A DNA stretch of 63,353 nucleotides, the filler included, from Intoshia linei (lineage: Eukaryota; Animalia; Orthonectida), in assembly GCA_001642005.1 (NCBI GenBank). It is 8 parts of 8 records of this genome, joined end to end, with 100 filler letters (N's around TTAATTAATTAA, not from the genome) between each part and the next. Parts side by side here need not be neighbours in the genome. Positions count along the whole stretch, not along the records: positions 24,792 to 29,835 come from LWCA01001860.1; positions 29,936 to 52,846 come from LWCA01000579.1; 6 more parts are not named here. One strand, 5' to 3'. Position numbers and translations under genes: made by a program. Every line of letters begins with the position of its first letter. Within the stretch, counting starts at the first letter, position 1. This document shows, piece by piece, positions 26,238 to 40,333 of this stretch. Under the pieces are notes generated by a model. That model made no database searches. It was not told where the DNA came from and saw only the letters and a program-made list of their open reading frames with translations.

Positions 26238-28719
26238 AAAAACAGCTTGTCTTTAGGTTTGAATAAAAGATAATAATTTTTGTAAAAATACATCTTTCAA
26301 TAAAATTTTAATAAGCTGAATTATAACGGTAACCTAGAATCAATAACAAATTAAAAACTAAGTTATAGTATGATCTCTCAGCAGTGGTGAAGCGTGACTT
26401 TTCTCACAGGTGGTGTGTCAAATAATTATCGATATTATATTTAATTAAGTTAATTATAATAAGGAACACATACACTTAAAATTGTAATAACAAGTAATCT
26501 GCAATAATTTTAATCACATATTGAGATCAATTTACTACATTTCCATTTATTTATGTTTTAACACAATTAATGAATTTCTCAAGCCAAGAATTTAAGCTGG
26601 GAATTAATTACGAAACTTGAGAAGGAATATTAAATGGATTAGAGCAGTGGTTTCCAAAAAAATATATTGTCGACTTCCCTAAAAGTATGAAAATATTTTT
26701 AGAGAAGATCAATTAGTACAAAATAGTGAATATGTTTATTGTATTATTACTAGCTTGGCTACTTTGTACAAACAGCACCTAGCCCTGCCGAGGGCGGATA
26801 TATCTAATTTTAGCATTAAAAATTTAATCTATTATGGTTCAAATCACTTTTACGAACCCATTAAAGTAAAACTACAAAAATGTATTATGTAGGTCCTAAC
26901 TTCATATAATTATACTAAAAATTTTCCTAAATTTATATCAGAATGAATACATTATGATGATTAATTAGGGTTACCAACTGCGTTATTTTTGTCCTGAAAA
27001 TTTAAGTTTTCAAATTATATTTAGGGCTAAGGGTTAAGTGATATTTCACAGAGTAATTTAATTATTTCAATAAAAATCATCAGATCAGACATATTTTATT
27101 TATATTCTATAATTTTTTTCTCTATGGTACAAGACTCTTAGTGTTATCAGTTAATTTTACTTGATTACTTAGAGACACCCATATTTTGTTTTTTTTTCTA
27201 AAATAGTCATCATGAAGTGATTTTGAAATGTGCTATATGTTATGAAAAATTTAAAGTACTCATTTTCAAATTTGCAATAAACATTGTGTGTAAACTTTTA
27301 TTATTTTTAGAAAAAGAGACCCCCACAGTAAAAGAGAGCCTCCAAAATAAAATTTCGCATATGGCCAAAATGCATAACACGCCGCGCTTCGCTCAAAAAA
27401 TTGGGTAAAGCATAACTTAATGTTGGTAAACATTTGATTAATTAAAAAAACAATTGTTATTTAACCTATTTCTGATATCATGATCTTATTGAGATTCATT
27501 GAGACGTCTCATCTTCATACTTTTGGCCTTTTTTCTAGTGAATGTTACTTTTCTTTTTAGCATTATAAAACAATTAGTTATGTTATTTTATATATACGTG
27601 GCTGTAGTGTTAAATTTAAGTAAAGTTTATACAAAATGTTTTGAAAATAAAAATTTGAAATTTAAAAATTGCGTAGCAATAAAAAAAATTCCGAAGGAAT
27701 GAATAATAATGACTTTCACCCATATTTCTTTATTGTAAATGTGTAGATGTACAATCCACATTTTTTTTGAAATTGTAGGATCAATATTTACGTTTTCAAT
27801 TTTTGATTATATTCAAAATATTTGAAAAATATTAGTTGATAATATTTTAAAAATTATTTTTCACCGGAAATACGTAGATTTCTTGGGTCTTGCTGTTGTG
27901 TGAAAAAGAAAAAAATTATAATACTGAATAATATTTCGTGCTCAATTAAACCAGGAATGACAGCTATTATGGGTTTGGTTCATTTTATAATATTACTATA
28001 TCTTCATTAAGAGATTTGTAAATGTCGGTCTGGAGCAATCCATTTTAATCAAATTATATTCGACCCTACCATGGTTATTTTTATTCATAGTGGAGACTCT
28101 GTATGTAATAAATACATGTAACTAAATTTGATTAAATAGGAAATGTGAATGTAGCATTAGAACTTCTTAGAATTTAATTATTTATATGCTTTGATCAAGG
28201 TTAATATAATGTAATAACTGCCCAAAATTCACTTGAGAACGATATGCTTCAGAACCTGTCTTAAACCATTTTGTGATTAATAAATTTAAAATAAATGTTT
28301 AAGCAGTTTCTATTACACGACAGACACCATCTGACTCTATTGGTTCTTATTTGACAGTTTATTCATTAAATGGGTGGTCTCTGTTTTTTGAAGTACTAAA
28401 TCCTGTCGTCTAATTAGCAAATATTTTATTTTCACCCATGCGTAAACTTTTTGATTAAATGTTGATCAGTATAATTAACTTGTTAATACTTTTTTATATA
28501 ATTTGATACTTTAATTATGCATGTCAAAAAGTGGAAAAACTAGCCTGTTAAATTTTTTAGCAAATCGACTTGACAAAAACTTTCAATGTGGATATGTAAC
28601 TCAAAAATAACAATTAATTAGTTCAATGATTGTATGAGAAAATGTGAAATTTTCGGCTTATTTAAGATTAAATAATACGAAAAAGCTACCATAAACCTTC
28701 TTATGCAATACCACTTTTA

Positions 28720-29835
28720 AACTAAAAATTTGTATAAATCTTAATTATTTGTGTATATAAATAAATAACATGCAATATGTTACATAATAAAGCTAAAAAC
28801 GACAAACAACGTATTATACATTTATTTCGTTATAAAATACAATTTTTTACATTAAAAGTTGTAAAAATCTTAATTATTCGTGTAAATAAGTAAATAACAT
28901 GCAATATGTTACATAATAAAGCTAAAAACGACAAACAACGTATTATACATTTATTTCGTTATAAAATACACTTTTTTACTTTAAATTTTGTGAAATTCTT
29001 GATTATTCGTGTAAATGAGTAAATAACATGCTAATTGTAACAAAATTAAGCTGAAAACGACAATAAACGTATTATACATTTATTTTGTTATGAAATAAAT
29101 TTTTTACTTAAAAATTTGTAAAAATTTAATTTATTTGTGTAAATGAATCAATAACATGCTAATTGTTCAAAAATTGAGCTGAAAACGACAAACAACGTAT
29201 TATACATTCATTTTGTTATTATATAATTTTTTAACTGAAAATGAGTAAAACTTTTAATTATTCGTGTAAATAAATAAATAACATGCTATATGTGACGGAC
29301 TTAAGCTAAAAACGACAAACAACGTATTATACATTCATTTTGTTATAAATTACAATTTTTTAACTGAAAGTTTGTAAAAATCTTAATTATTTTAAAAATG
29401 AGTACATAACTTGCTAATTAAGACGAAATTAAACTAAAAACGACAAAAAACGTATTATACATTCATTTTGTTATAAATTACAACTTTTTAATTAAAAATT
29501 GGTATAAATTTTAATTATTTGTGTAAATAAGTAAATAACATGCTATATGTGAGAGAATTAAGCAAAAAACGACAAACAACGTATTATACATTTATTTTAA
29601 TATAAATTACAATTTTTTAATTAAAAGTTTGTAAAAATCTTAATTATTTAGATATATAAATAAATAACATGCTAATTGTGACGAAATTAAGCTTAAAACC
29701 ACAAAAAACGTATTATACATTTATTTTGTTATAAATTACACTTTTTTAACTAAAAGTTTGTAAAAATCTTAATTATTTGTGTAAATAAATAAATTACATG
29801 CTATATGTGACGGATTAAAGCTAAAAACAACTAAC
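28720..29835. repeat. tandem satellite, ~128-129-bp unit, about 9 copies, running into a gap
   Basis: GCTAAAAACGACAAACAACGTATTATACATT recurs at about 28792, 28921, 29050, 29178, 29306, 29434, 29562 and 29691. Confidence 0.92.
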
Positions 29836-30499
29836 NNNNNNNNNNNNNNNNNNNNNNNNNNNNNNNNNNNNNNNNNNNNTTAATTAATTAANNNNNNNNN
29901 NNNNNNNNNNNNNNNNNNNNNNNNNNNNNNNNNNNTTGCATATTCGTGATCAGCATATAAAAATACACCTATATGCAAATATACTTTTTAATCTTTAAAA
30001 AAGTGCACACCCTAATGTGCATGTACCAAAAGGCCTCACGTCACATGATCAATTGTTCATGTAATGTTATGCATAATCTATATTGTTTTAATAAATTAAA
30101 ACCTTTTTAAGTTATTTTACAAAACATTCATTAAAAATTTTTTTTTTAAAATTTAGGGGGTGCAACTGCACCTTTTGCACTCTTTGAATCCGCCCCTGTT
30201 ATTGACTACTTAATTTAATTTAAATGACCACTGACGACAATTCTTGTCTCGTTAAAACTCGAGAAATTATAATATTCCTAAATTTAAAATTATATTTGAA
30301 AATTTTCAAAAATTTAGTTTGTTATATGAATGCAAAAATAAAATGTATAAAGAATAATTATTTTTAATTGTCGCTAATAAATTTAAGCATATAAAAACAA
30401 TAATTTCAGTTATTATAATAAAAAAACTACATTAAATTTTACGGTAATTCAATTCAGTTGTGTGATATAATTTATTAATTTGGTATTAGATTGTTTTTC

Positions 30500-31271
30500 T
30501 TCAAGATGACCGCTACGTTCTACGAAAATTTATAGGACTATTTTAAGCGAGAATACGAAAAGGCAAAATCATGAATTATAAAAATTCTTCTACAACTGGT
30601 TTACATCGTCACTTAGCCGTAGATTCTTTGATACAATTATTAAGTTAACTTATCAATAAAAAAACAATCAAAAAATCGCAATATAACAGTGTATTTAAAA
30701 AAATGATGATAGCCACGAAAGGGTTGAAGTCATAATTGATTGCGTACGATGGACTAACCATCAACCAAGTTACAGATCAAATTTTATTCGAAAAAATTTA
30801 AGACCAATAGGCTTGCCTATATCTCAAAATTGTGACATGAATGTTGTAAATAGTTACTTTGAAAAAATAAAAAGACAAATAATTGAAAAAATTTCTGCGA
30901 CAAAATATAATGGTGGAAAAATTTTAATATCATTTGATGAGTGGACCAGTTTTAAAAATAAAAAATATTTTAATGTACACCTTTATAGTATCAAACATGA
31001 CTTTAATCTTGAACTTATTCCTATATGGAAATTGTGACGATTCAAAATGTTAAATAAATCGCATTTTTCTATTAGTTTGGATGTTTTTTTTAAGATTTTA
31101 CAGTTATCAACCAATTAATACTAGATTATAATCCTTCATTGTTTAAAAAATATTAGCAATTTTGGAATTGTTAAGTAATTTTAGTTTTTCCATAATTAAA
31201 ATTTTTATTGTATTACTAACAGTATGAGTTAATTTTTCTCTCTGGAATTCTCGAGAAATTGCAAGCACTAA
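30500..31271 (+). pseudogene. degenerate hAT transposase (BED-finger remnant plus start of the catalytic domain) and terminus
   Basis: Fragments STTGLHRHL and ISFDEWTSFKNKKYFNVHLY..FNLELIPI with stops and frameshifts; terminus ...CTCGAGAAATTGCAAGCACTA resembles the TAGTGATTG end at 62400. Confidence 0.75.
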
Positions 31272-31390
31272 TCAGAAATAGTTAAAAGTAACAATTTTTA
31301 GATTTAGAATCTAAATTTTAGATGCTAATAAAAATTTTTTATTCACCACTTAATTTTCATTTTAGCTAATATTTCACAATTATAAAAAAT

Positions 31391-32693
31391 ATGAGTATTA
31401 TGTATGAAACTGGATATTTGTCATCCATCAAACTTAATTTTCGATAGTAGCTGTTGTCAGTTTGAAATTTGGCCTTACTTCCGGAATTCAATTCTCATAG
31501 GTATTCTGGAAAACGGTGATTTTTTCTAACATCTTAAGATACTATTCGAGCCTATTTGGGAAACACCGGTATACGTTTTACAACATTAAAAATTATTCCA
31601 GTGACTTGGAAAATTTATCAATATTTTGATGGTTCTTTGCTTGAAAAAGGTGAAATCTCGTTTAGAGAAATTTGAAAGAAAAAATTATTTTAGAAACTCA
31701 TCAAGCTTGATATATTAATCAAATTATAAGATTACGGTTTGTAAATTTTCTATTTATAGTTTATTGAATATTTGACATTTTTTGTGAATTGATATTATAT
31801 TGTAATTCTATTTTTTGCAATAGATTAAATATTGAAAAACAAAAATTTGCCAAACATCAAGATTATGATAATTTCATGCAAAGGGTAGAAGACTTTGGTA
31901 ATTGGATTGTCGATCATATATTATTGATTTAGTTCAGGATGAAATTGAAGGAAAATTGGATGTTAGCGAATTTAAAAAGTACAAAGATTATTTACATTGT
32001 AAGAATATTAGGTACAATGAAAAAAAGATGAAGGTATTATAATTCTGACATAAGTCTAATTTTCAGCAAGGAAAAGGGAATATAAGTGAAGACGGCGCTG
32101 TAAAAAGATACATGCTTAATTGGAAAAAAGGATTAATGAACTGGTATAAAAATTATTATATTTAAGAAATTACTGAGTCATAACAAAAAATCCATTTATA
32201 AATACAATTATAACCTTTCACTCAACACATTTACAACATTACATCAACACACTCACATTACTTTTAAATTTACATTTTTAATGGTAGAGACCAATGCTTA
32301 ATTTTTGATTTTAGTAAAGACTTGAAAGTTAATGAATTGGATCGCGCTGGAGGATACAAAAGTGAATTTGCACTGGAAAGACAAGTTGAATATGCATTAT
32401 ATACACTTTTTGGTGATGAAATTGGTTTGTAAACTGTCATATCAGTCTGGATTTTATATATTTGTGAAGTGCATTCAAGTTGTCACATTAAAAGTTTTGC
32501 TAATACTGCATGTCTTTAATCATTTGTCAAATGTTCATAATCCATACATTTCAAAATCATTGTTTGCTAGATCATAATTTATAATTTTATACATATTTTT
32601 GGAAATTTTTCAAAATGTCCACCAAAAAACCGCTTAAATCAAAATTGTAATTATTTTATTAATATTATGGTAGATCTCATTATAAAGCTATGA
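31391..32693 (+). CDS. unknown intron-rich gene with in-frame TGA; exons 31391-31401, 31448-31500, 31539-31568, 31602-31649, 31694-31736, 31824-31897, 31933-32033, 32067-32143, 32315-32424, 32674-32693 (alternative stop at 32430-32432)
   Basis: Chain of phase-compatible GT-AG introns (46, 38, 33, 44, 87, 35, 33, 171 nt). Product includes ...DYDNFMQRVEDFVQDEIEGKLD...KRYMLNWKKGLMNCKDLKVNELDRAGGYKSEFALERQVEYALYTLFGDEI. TGA at 31708-31710. Family not recognised. Confidence 0.65.
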
Positions 32694-32760
32694 CAAATTT
32701 TATAAACAAAGAAATATAAAATTTGTTAGAAGCAATTTATCCAAATCGTCTGGTAAAAAA

Positions 32761-35700
32761 ATGACCAAGAAAAATAACGGTGATTCTAATTCACTCAAAA
32801 CACCTGCACCTAAAATCGAATTACAGGAATCAAACAATTCAGAAGAGAAAGATAAAAGTAACTACCCATTTTTTTTTTTAAATTGATTAGTTGCTTATGT
32901 GTGTATTGGAAACTTTTTTCAAGATTTTCCAAATTTGTATCAAAAAGGAGATAATTTGTACATTCCGCAGATTAAACAGCGTGTTAATATTTCCAATAAT
33001 AACACGTCCAATACAGAAGAAAGTAAATCAAAAGCTACTTTAAAATCAGAAAGAAAAAAACAACAATCTATGAATTATCAAAGTACAGAAACTGCTCTAA
33101 TCAGTAACTCTGTTCTTGAAGATGTTGATCAAGTTTTGCAGGGTAATGTATCAATCATTTACTAAATTTCAAAGTAGAGTTTGCCAAGGGTAGTTTAAGT
33201 TTTATTTAGGACAATGAGAAAATTTTTGTTTTTATTTAATTCTGGAAAAGTATTTTTAATTTTTTTGACCTAAACCTTGTAATAACGTTAGACTCGCAAA
33301 AATTTTGTTAAATTTGAGTCAATCAAGACCAGTCCCGATGGAATTTATTGATATATTAGAAAATTACACATACCGGGCCATGGAGAGTCAGCAATTGGCC
33401 CTTATTAAAATTTTTCAAAAATGTGACATCTATACATTGCTCAATCAATTGTTCATTATCTAAAAATGAAAAATATCCATTGGAAATTGCATTGGTTATT
33501 TAAATTTTGGTATAATTAAGCAATTTTCGAACATTACCTATTAATAAATTAAAAAAGTAGACCCCTCATGATTGTAAGCCGGAAATATGACCCTATCCCC
33601 TCCCCACGACCTGCACGTATCCAACCATGAGTTAAAGTATATAGCACAAACAAATAGAATGTAGATGCAAGACTACCGGCTTCATTCTAAACAAATCTGT
33701 CGGCCCGGTAAGGTCAGAAAAATAATTTTCAGTATTAACGGTATACTTTTGATTGACAATTTGTATCAGTACCGAATATGGAAAATATCAACTATTGGGA
33801 ATAATTTATTGCAATCAATTAATTGAAAAATTAAAATTTTATCACAAAACCTTGACCATCGAAAGGAGGAAATGATAATTTTACAAAGCTAAAAATGCTG
33901 ATATTAGATAAACACTTTATTATTTTTTTTGAAAAAAATATTTGGTGTATTCTAGATAAACGGAAAAGTTTTTGCAATCGAATTTTGAACATGAAATTAG
34001 TTTGCTTTTATTATTTTTAAATTAGTGGGATTTTTTCCTAAGGGTTGGTAAAATTTTGGTTTTTTCACATAAAATTTTACTAAATTGAATGAAATATGCT
34101 AAAAATTTATCATTGGGGTCCCCAATCATCTAAAATTTTCGCATTCACCCGTCACCGTCATGAGAAGTACTGTTCTATATTAATGAATCATAGAACCAGA
34201 ACCAAAATCATTCAACATCATCAACACGGTTAGTTATATGATGCCAAAGATTTATGTCCAAACGGAAGCAGATAAAAATGATAATGTAACTGAAATTTAC
34301 ATTAAGAATTGGCTAGTTGATGAATTTACAATGAAGTGTCTGTGTCAGTGTATTGTTTCGTTGGATCATTTAAAATTAATCAAGTAACCAACTCTTTTCA
34401 TTTTCATGAAATATATTTAGTTTTTACCACGTCGGTCTTACAGATGAAACCTTCACCATTTTTGTTAAGGCTATTTCCAATTGTTCCAATTTAAAGTTAC
34501 TTTAATTTTACGAATTTTTAAAATTATTTAGACATTTATCTATAGAAGCCAATCCAATTGAAACAGAACCTTGGCACCTACTTCTCAATGATGAGACATC
34601 GTAACTTTTAAAATATAAACCTATACTAATAGCTATTTTTAAATACTGATAAATCGTATCCAACTCGTTGGTTTATTTATATTTATTTGTTAAATCAGAA
34701 ATATATCAGTGTCAAAACAAAGTGAATATCAAACGGTATAAATTAAAATCTTCACGGATCGTAATATTGGACCCATCTTCATTATTTTTCACTGATTTCT
34801 ATAATATAGACACCAGGGGTTTCCAACATTTTTCATCACGAACGAATAAATTACGATAAAATTTTTTACGGACCGGAAACATTATTTCAAGGAACATTTG
34901 GGAACAGCTGGTCTATCTTATAAACCAAGGTCAAATCTACACATTTAACGCCAGACTAATATGAACATCATTTAAAATATAGATTTTAATTGGAATGAGT
35001 CGAAATATTGAACCTCCAAAAATTACATAACATTTTGGGTAAAACTGGTTTGACCACTCCACTCTCGAAAATTTTAAGAATTTTAAAGACTATTCAGAAT
35101 TATTGGTTAAAATTTGACGACTTAATTTTAAAAAAAGGGGTAATTTGTCGTTTTGGTACCGATTTTTGAATTTTCTCACCTTCTGTACTGGAAAAAACTC
35201 ACTTGTAATTATTTTTGAAATTACTGAGCTAGTTTTTTCAACAAATGGCTACAGGAACTCAGACTTTTACTTTATAAGTTATACATTTGTAAGTAATGAT
35301 TGAATTTTTATATTTTTAAGTCTCCGTGTTTTTAGTTAGAACAGCCATTTAAAATAAATTAAATCTATTTGATATAGAATATCGTTTCTAAATTTACGAT
35401 TCAACAATATAACCGGTCATTCGATGAAAAAATTTGTGCAAAATTTACAATCAAATCAAAAATTATTGCAATTAATACTACATTCAAATTCATTGGGAGA
35501 CGAAGGTGCAACGTATTTAGCACAAGTATAATTATATATTTGACAATTATTGTAATATTTTCCAGGCTTTGAGAACAAACAGGACCCTCATTGTATTGGG
35601 AATAGCATCAAACAATATTAGCGATATTGGTTTAAAATACCTTACTTTAGTAACTCAATTGTCAACAATTAAATTAAATACAATTATTTAGAGTCTCTCA

Positions 35701-36536
35701 GAATTTAAAATGACTCATGAAGAAATTGTGGAAAGACGACGTTGTATGGTGGCCATAAAAGACGAAAATGTAACAAATATAAATATTCTTCAAATAACAC
35801 AAAACTTTAGATATCGACAAGCATTTCTGTTGATATTAATGAAAAGGCACCAAGTGAAAAGAGCACATATAATCCGCCGACAAAATCCAAATTGAAGAAA
35901 AAGGTACCATCATGTTACCGATAAAACTTAAGTATAGGATACATCAAAAAAGGATAAGGAAGATGAAGGCAAAAAAGTGAAAGCGGATAAATCTAAACAA
36001 AATAAAAACGAAAAGACTAAGCGCAGCGAAAAAGGAAAAACACCACTACAAAAAAAAATTCTTACACATGATTCAGAATTGGTTTTTGTTTTGTATATAT
36101 TTATTTGTTAGTCCTTTGTAGTTCAAGAACAAACGAATGCTTTATTAGATCAAGTGAAAAGCGAAAAAAATGGACAATTAATTCTAATTGGAAATAGAAC
36201 ACTCATGAGTTTAAACATTAGCGGTAATTCCAATTTGTCAATAATATATTACAAACATGATCATCATTAATTTAGATAACGCAATAAGTGAAAACGGATT
36301 GGATTATCTGTTAAACATGATAATGTTTCAAATGTCTTATATAAAAACAATAAATGTTCCAGAAGAAACGCATGGTTTAATGAATTTGTGTTTGCAGGTA
36401 ATTCAAATAAATCAAAATTATATTTTTTTAGAGAAATGAATTTTCTAGCAAATGTACAAAAATATCGAAAATAGAAGCACTTTTGGTAAACAAAAGTCCA
36501 ATAAAATCAAGTTCTGACCAAGGAAGTAACATGTAG
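32761..36536 (+). CDS. LRRC71: leucine-rich repeat-containing protein 71 (multi-exon)
   Basis: Spliced motifs YVCIGNFFQDF, PKIYVQTE..NVTEIYIKNWLVDE, VGLTDET, LSIEANPI, LRFNNI, NSLGDEGATYLAQALRTNRTL, FKMTHEEIVERRR and LIGNRTLMSLNIS follow LRRC71 in order; many 33-45-nt introns. Confidence 0.85.
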
Positions 36537-36598
36537 ATATATTAATAAATTTTAAACTACAATAATACAATACATATTTAAATAAATATAAATTTCAC

Positions 36599-38536
36599 TT
36601 AATTTTTCGATATGAGCGAAGGAAATTGATTAACGTCACAAATGTCATAACTTTGTTCTTTTTTTTTGTAATTGTTATCATTTCGATTGAATCTTCCTCC
36701 ACCATTGTAATTGTTTCTTCCATTTTTATAATTATTTCTTCCATTATTGTAATTATTTCTTCTACGACTTAAATTACTTTGGGTATTATTCTTTTTAGAC
36801 GTTTGTGCAACATTGGGATCGGTAAATAATTGATTAGTATTTCTATTCTATAAAAAATAATCAATTTTATAAAACAAAAATTTCGTATTAGCAGTGTTTC
36901 TTAACCGACATACTAGCACCCCTAGGGGAAAACTAATTTTATTTTTTATATTTTGACTAAAAAATTTCAATTGATCTTGAAAATACACTTTTTTGAGTTT
37001 GCTAGTTATGTAATTTGATGATTTTAAATGTTATCTCAAAATTTATATTGTTTAAAATTCTAGGGCTTTTCCCATTTTTTAAAAAATTGTAATTTGGTGT
37101 TTTGGCTGTAAAGATGTAATATTTTTAAATTTATCATAATTTTTAAAAAGATTTTTTAATTAATATTTTGTAAAATAACTGAAAAAGGTTTTAATTGATT
37201 AAAACAATATAGATGGCGCATAACATTACATGAACAATTGATCATGTGACTTGAGGCCTTTTGTTATGTGGATTGGCCCTCATGAATTGCCACACTATGA
37301 CTATAATTTTAATATTGAAAGTCTGGTTAATGAATTTGCAATACTTGATCCAAGAAGACTGGACCTAATTGATTTAGGATTATTCAATGAACAAAATTAA
37401 ATTCTCTTTTTTTTGTACTGATCATTTTTTTTATTTTTGCAAAAAAATACAAATTAAGAAACTATTGTATAACAAACTTTAGATGAAATTAAAAGACACC
37501 CTAAAAATTTTTTCGCCTTCGCGAAGTTAAATATATTTCTCGCTTCGCTCACACCCATTAACTAGCCTCCCGGATCCGCCTCTGACAATCATAAGTCATA
37601 GCCAGTAAGATTTCTAATTTTCGATATATTATAATTAAATTAAAATTCTCATTAAGCATGGTTGTACATACAATTTTCATTTATTTCTAATACATAATGG
37701 AGTGCGTAAAAAAATATAATAGCTAAAAGCCGAAGATTTTTAAGGCTTATTTAAAAAGTTTTTTCACGAACTATGCAGTGGCACATAACCATCACGACCT
37801 CTATAGGGCAGTTATTTGATATTCTAAATTTAACAAAAATTAGATGTGACATTCAAGAATATAATTTTTTGAATGCTCAATTTGAAAAAATAAGGACCTA
37901 TTTAAAAAAATGTCTTGCTGAATGTATTGACTGCTAAGCACCGAGATACTTAAACCCTACCGTACATGCTGTATGTCTATTTAACATTACCTTTCTAGTA
38001 TGAACAATCTCACCGGAAACGACTCCTTTTAACTGCATATAATCCTTGTAATTAATATACTCTATTGGTTTTCTAAAAAATGAAAATGATTAGAGATAAA
38101 AAAATACGGTTCAATAGGTTGAGAAATTTTGACCTCCTCCACCTCCCTGTTAATTGCTTCAATTTCTTGTAAAATTTCTTCAGCATTGGATCCGCTCAAT
38201 TTCCTCAAATTACCAGCAGTCGAATTTCTAATACAGTCAACTGTTGATTTTACAGATTTAGAAGGGCGTCCTTTGTGGTTTCTGTCATTGAACTGCAAAT
38301 TTGAGCCTTTTTTCTTTTTAGTGTCATTTTTTGAGCTAATTAAACCATTAAAACTTTTTATTCAGTTTTGTATAAAATGTGTAAATTACAAATTATTTTC
38401 AGACATGAAATTTGGATCATTGGAAGTTGCATCTAAAATTAATTCTATTTACGATTAACAAAATATTACTGGACTCGTTTTCATCACCATCAATGAGGGC
38501 AAATTTATTCTTTGTAGATAATGTGAATTTGCTCAT
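36599..38536 (-). CDS. SERBP1/HABP4/Vig/Stm1-like RNA- and ribosome-binding protein (about 5 exons)
   Basis: N-terminal MSKFTLSTKNKFALI, central YINYKDYMQLK..HTRK, RG/N-rich tail ending DICDVNQFPSLISKN*. The N-x-F-x-L start and C-terminal FPSL are typical of this family; highly divergent. Confidence 0.65.
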
Positions 38537-38570
38537 CTTTTATTTTTAATATATTTTCATTACAAAATAG

Positions 38571-38576
38571 CACGTG
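38571..38576. promoter_or_regulatory. E-box CACGTG 35 nt upstream of the SERBP1-like ATG (second copy at 38810-38815)
   Basis: Exact CACGTG motifs in the divergent SERBP1-like/WDR74 intergenic region; function inferred. Confidence 0.4.
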
Positions 38577-39120
38577 ATTGTTTTTTATAACTTTATTGGT
38601 AGTTATTCCTTTAGCAATAACAATAAAAGTATTAATTAAATAAAAAATTCGGTCAAATGTATATTCAAGATAGGATACAAATCAACATTTTTAATTTAAT
38701 AAAATTGACTATGAATTAAATTAGATTGTTAAACTTGTTTTATTTAGTAAAAGACATTTTTCTTTTAGTATTGTTAAAAGTTAAAACGTAAAAATTAGTT
38801 TTGACGTTTCACGTGATAATAGGTTACATGTACAAGAAATTATATATTACTTGATTATATTGTTATTTTCATAACGCTAAAAATACAAACATAATAAATG
38901 ATAGATATATTTTAGTTGGTATAACTGGATTTATTATACACTGACTGTCATAGTATAATCAAAGTTTGACATATTTAATTGATCAAATATGTAAATGTTA
39001 AGTTATTTTTTAATTGATATCGCATACGAGAGTGATTGATAATATGATTTGTATAGTTAAATTGAAGATATATTTATTTAAAAAATTGTATATTAATCAC
39101 TGATAATTTAAAATAATTGT

Positions 39121-40328
39121 ATGGATACATTCATCGGCTGTGAAACTGGTTTTGTTAAAGGTAAAGAACGTTTAAACTTCCATAATATAGTTATAGGAGT
39201 GAATTCTTTATCGGCTGCGATTAAAAATTTATTCAAACCTGATCCACCTCATAGAAAGAACAATTCGATAGCTTGTATTCAATGGATGTGTAAAAATAAC
39301 CAGGTAAATGATAAGCAAATATTTTTAATCGTACATTAGATATCATATGGAACAAAAGGTGGTTTAATGTATACATTAAACCTAGATAACGAACAAGTAC
39401 GTAAAACGGGAACAAACAGAACTGACACCGAAATGGTTTCCTTTCATACATCTAGCAAGTATTTTCAATGTAATTATAATTTACTTTTTGGATAGGAAAA
39501 ATGTAATTTTATTCAATAATTCACTGGAAGTATGGAAGAAAAATATTTTACTAGTTCAATATCATTTAACATTTAATAATGACAATTTAGAACAGTATAA
39601 AATTAAAAAAAAAATGCAAAACATTAAAGTATATTAATAAAACAGAGTTCGCTGTCGCTGGGATTGATTATCCCATGCAAATATGGGATATAAACACTTC
39701 ACAATGTGTATACTCAACAAAAAACGTTTAGAATATTTTTTACAAATACACTATACATTAGTTACCCGATGACTGGTTAAACTTAAAAGTTGATTCCAAA
39801 ATATATTCAATTGATTCCATCAATGCAGATATTTTCGTTTCAAATAACGGCAACGTAAATTTTTAAAGGTATTTAATTTAATGGTGTAGATTTATAGTTA
39901 TACAAAACTAAATTTAAAACCCAACCTATGTATAAATATTATGGATTCTAAAAATTTAATTACAAAAATCAAAATATCTCAGGACAGAAGGTTTAATTTA
40001 ATTTTTTTTAATTTAACTCTTTAGTAAAATAATATACGGTGATGTGGTCGGCAATGTTGGTGTAATTGATATACGTAAACCCAACTTACTACTTCATAAA
40101 TTTGAAGGCGGTGTTACATCCATTACAGATATTAAACTTTGTGAGGATATTATTGTTGTCTCTTCGCTTGATAGATATGTTAGATTTTATGAAATTGGCC
40201 AGAAAAAATTCATGCAAAAGGTAAAATACAGTTTAGTTTAAAAATTTAATTTTTAATTTTTTTAGATTTATACAAAATCAAAACCGTTAAGTATTTACTG
40301 TACAGATACGTGTTTATTACGTTCATAA
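39121..40328 (+). CDS. WDR74: WD repeat protein 74 / Nsa1 (60S biogenesis), about 9 exons
   Basis: MDTFIGCETGFVKG^V, FAVAGIDYPMQIWDI..KN^LPDDWLNLKV, GDVVG..IDIRK..LLHKFEGGVTSITDI..VSSLDRYVRFYEI..K^IYTKSK; introns are almost all 33-50 nt. Confidence 0.9.
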
Positions 40329-40333
40329 ATATA

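Noticed and set aside
28720-29835. Regularly spaced conserved motif resembling a CRISPR array
   Set aside because: The intervening sequences are homologous to each other (whole-unit tandem repeat), the context is eukaryotic and there are no cas genes.
33660-33735. GC-richer stretch with GGTAAG and a downstream AATTTT, reminiscent of an SL RNA or snRNA
   Set aside because: No convincing Sm site or stem-loops; it lies in a repeat-rich intron.
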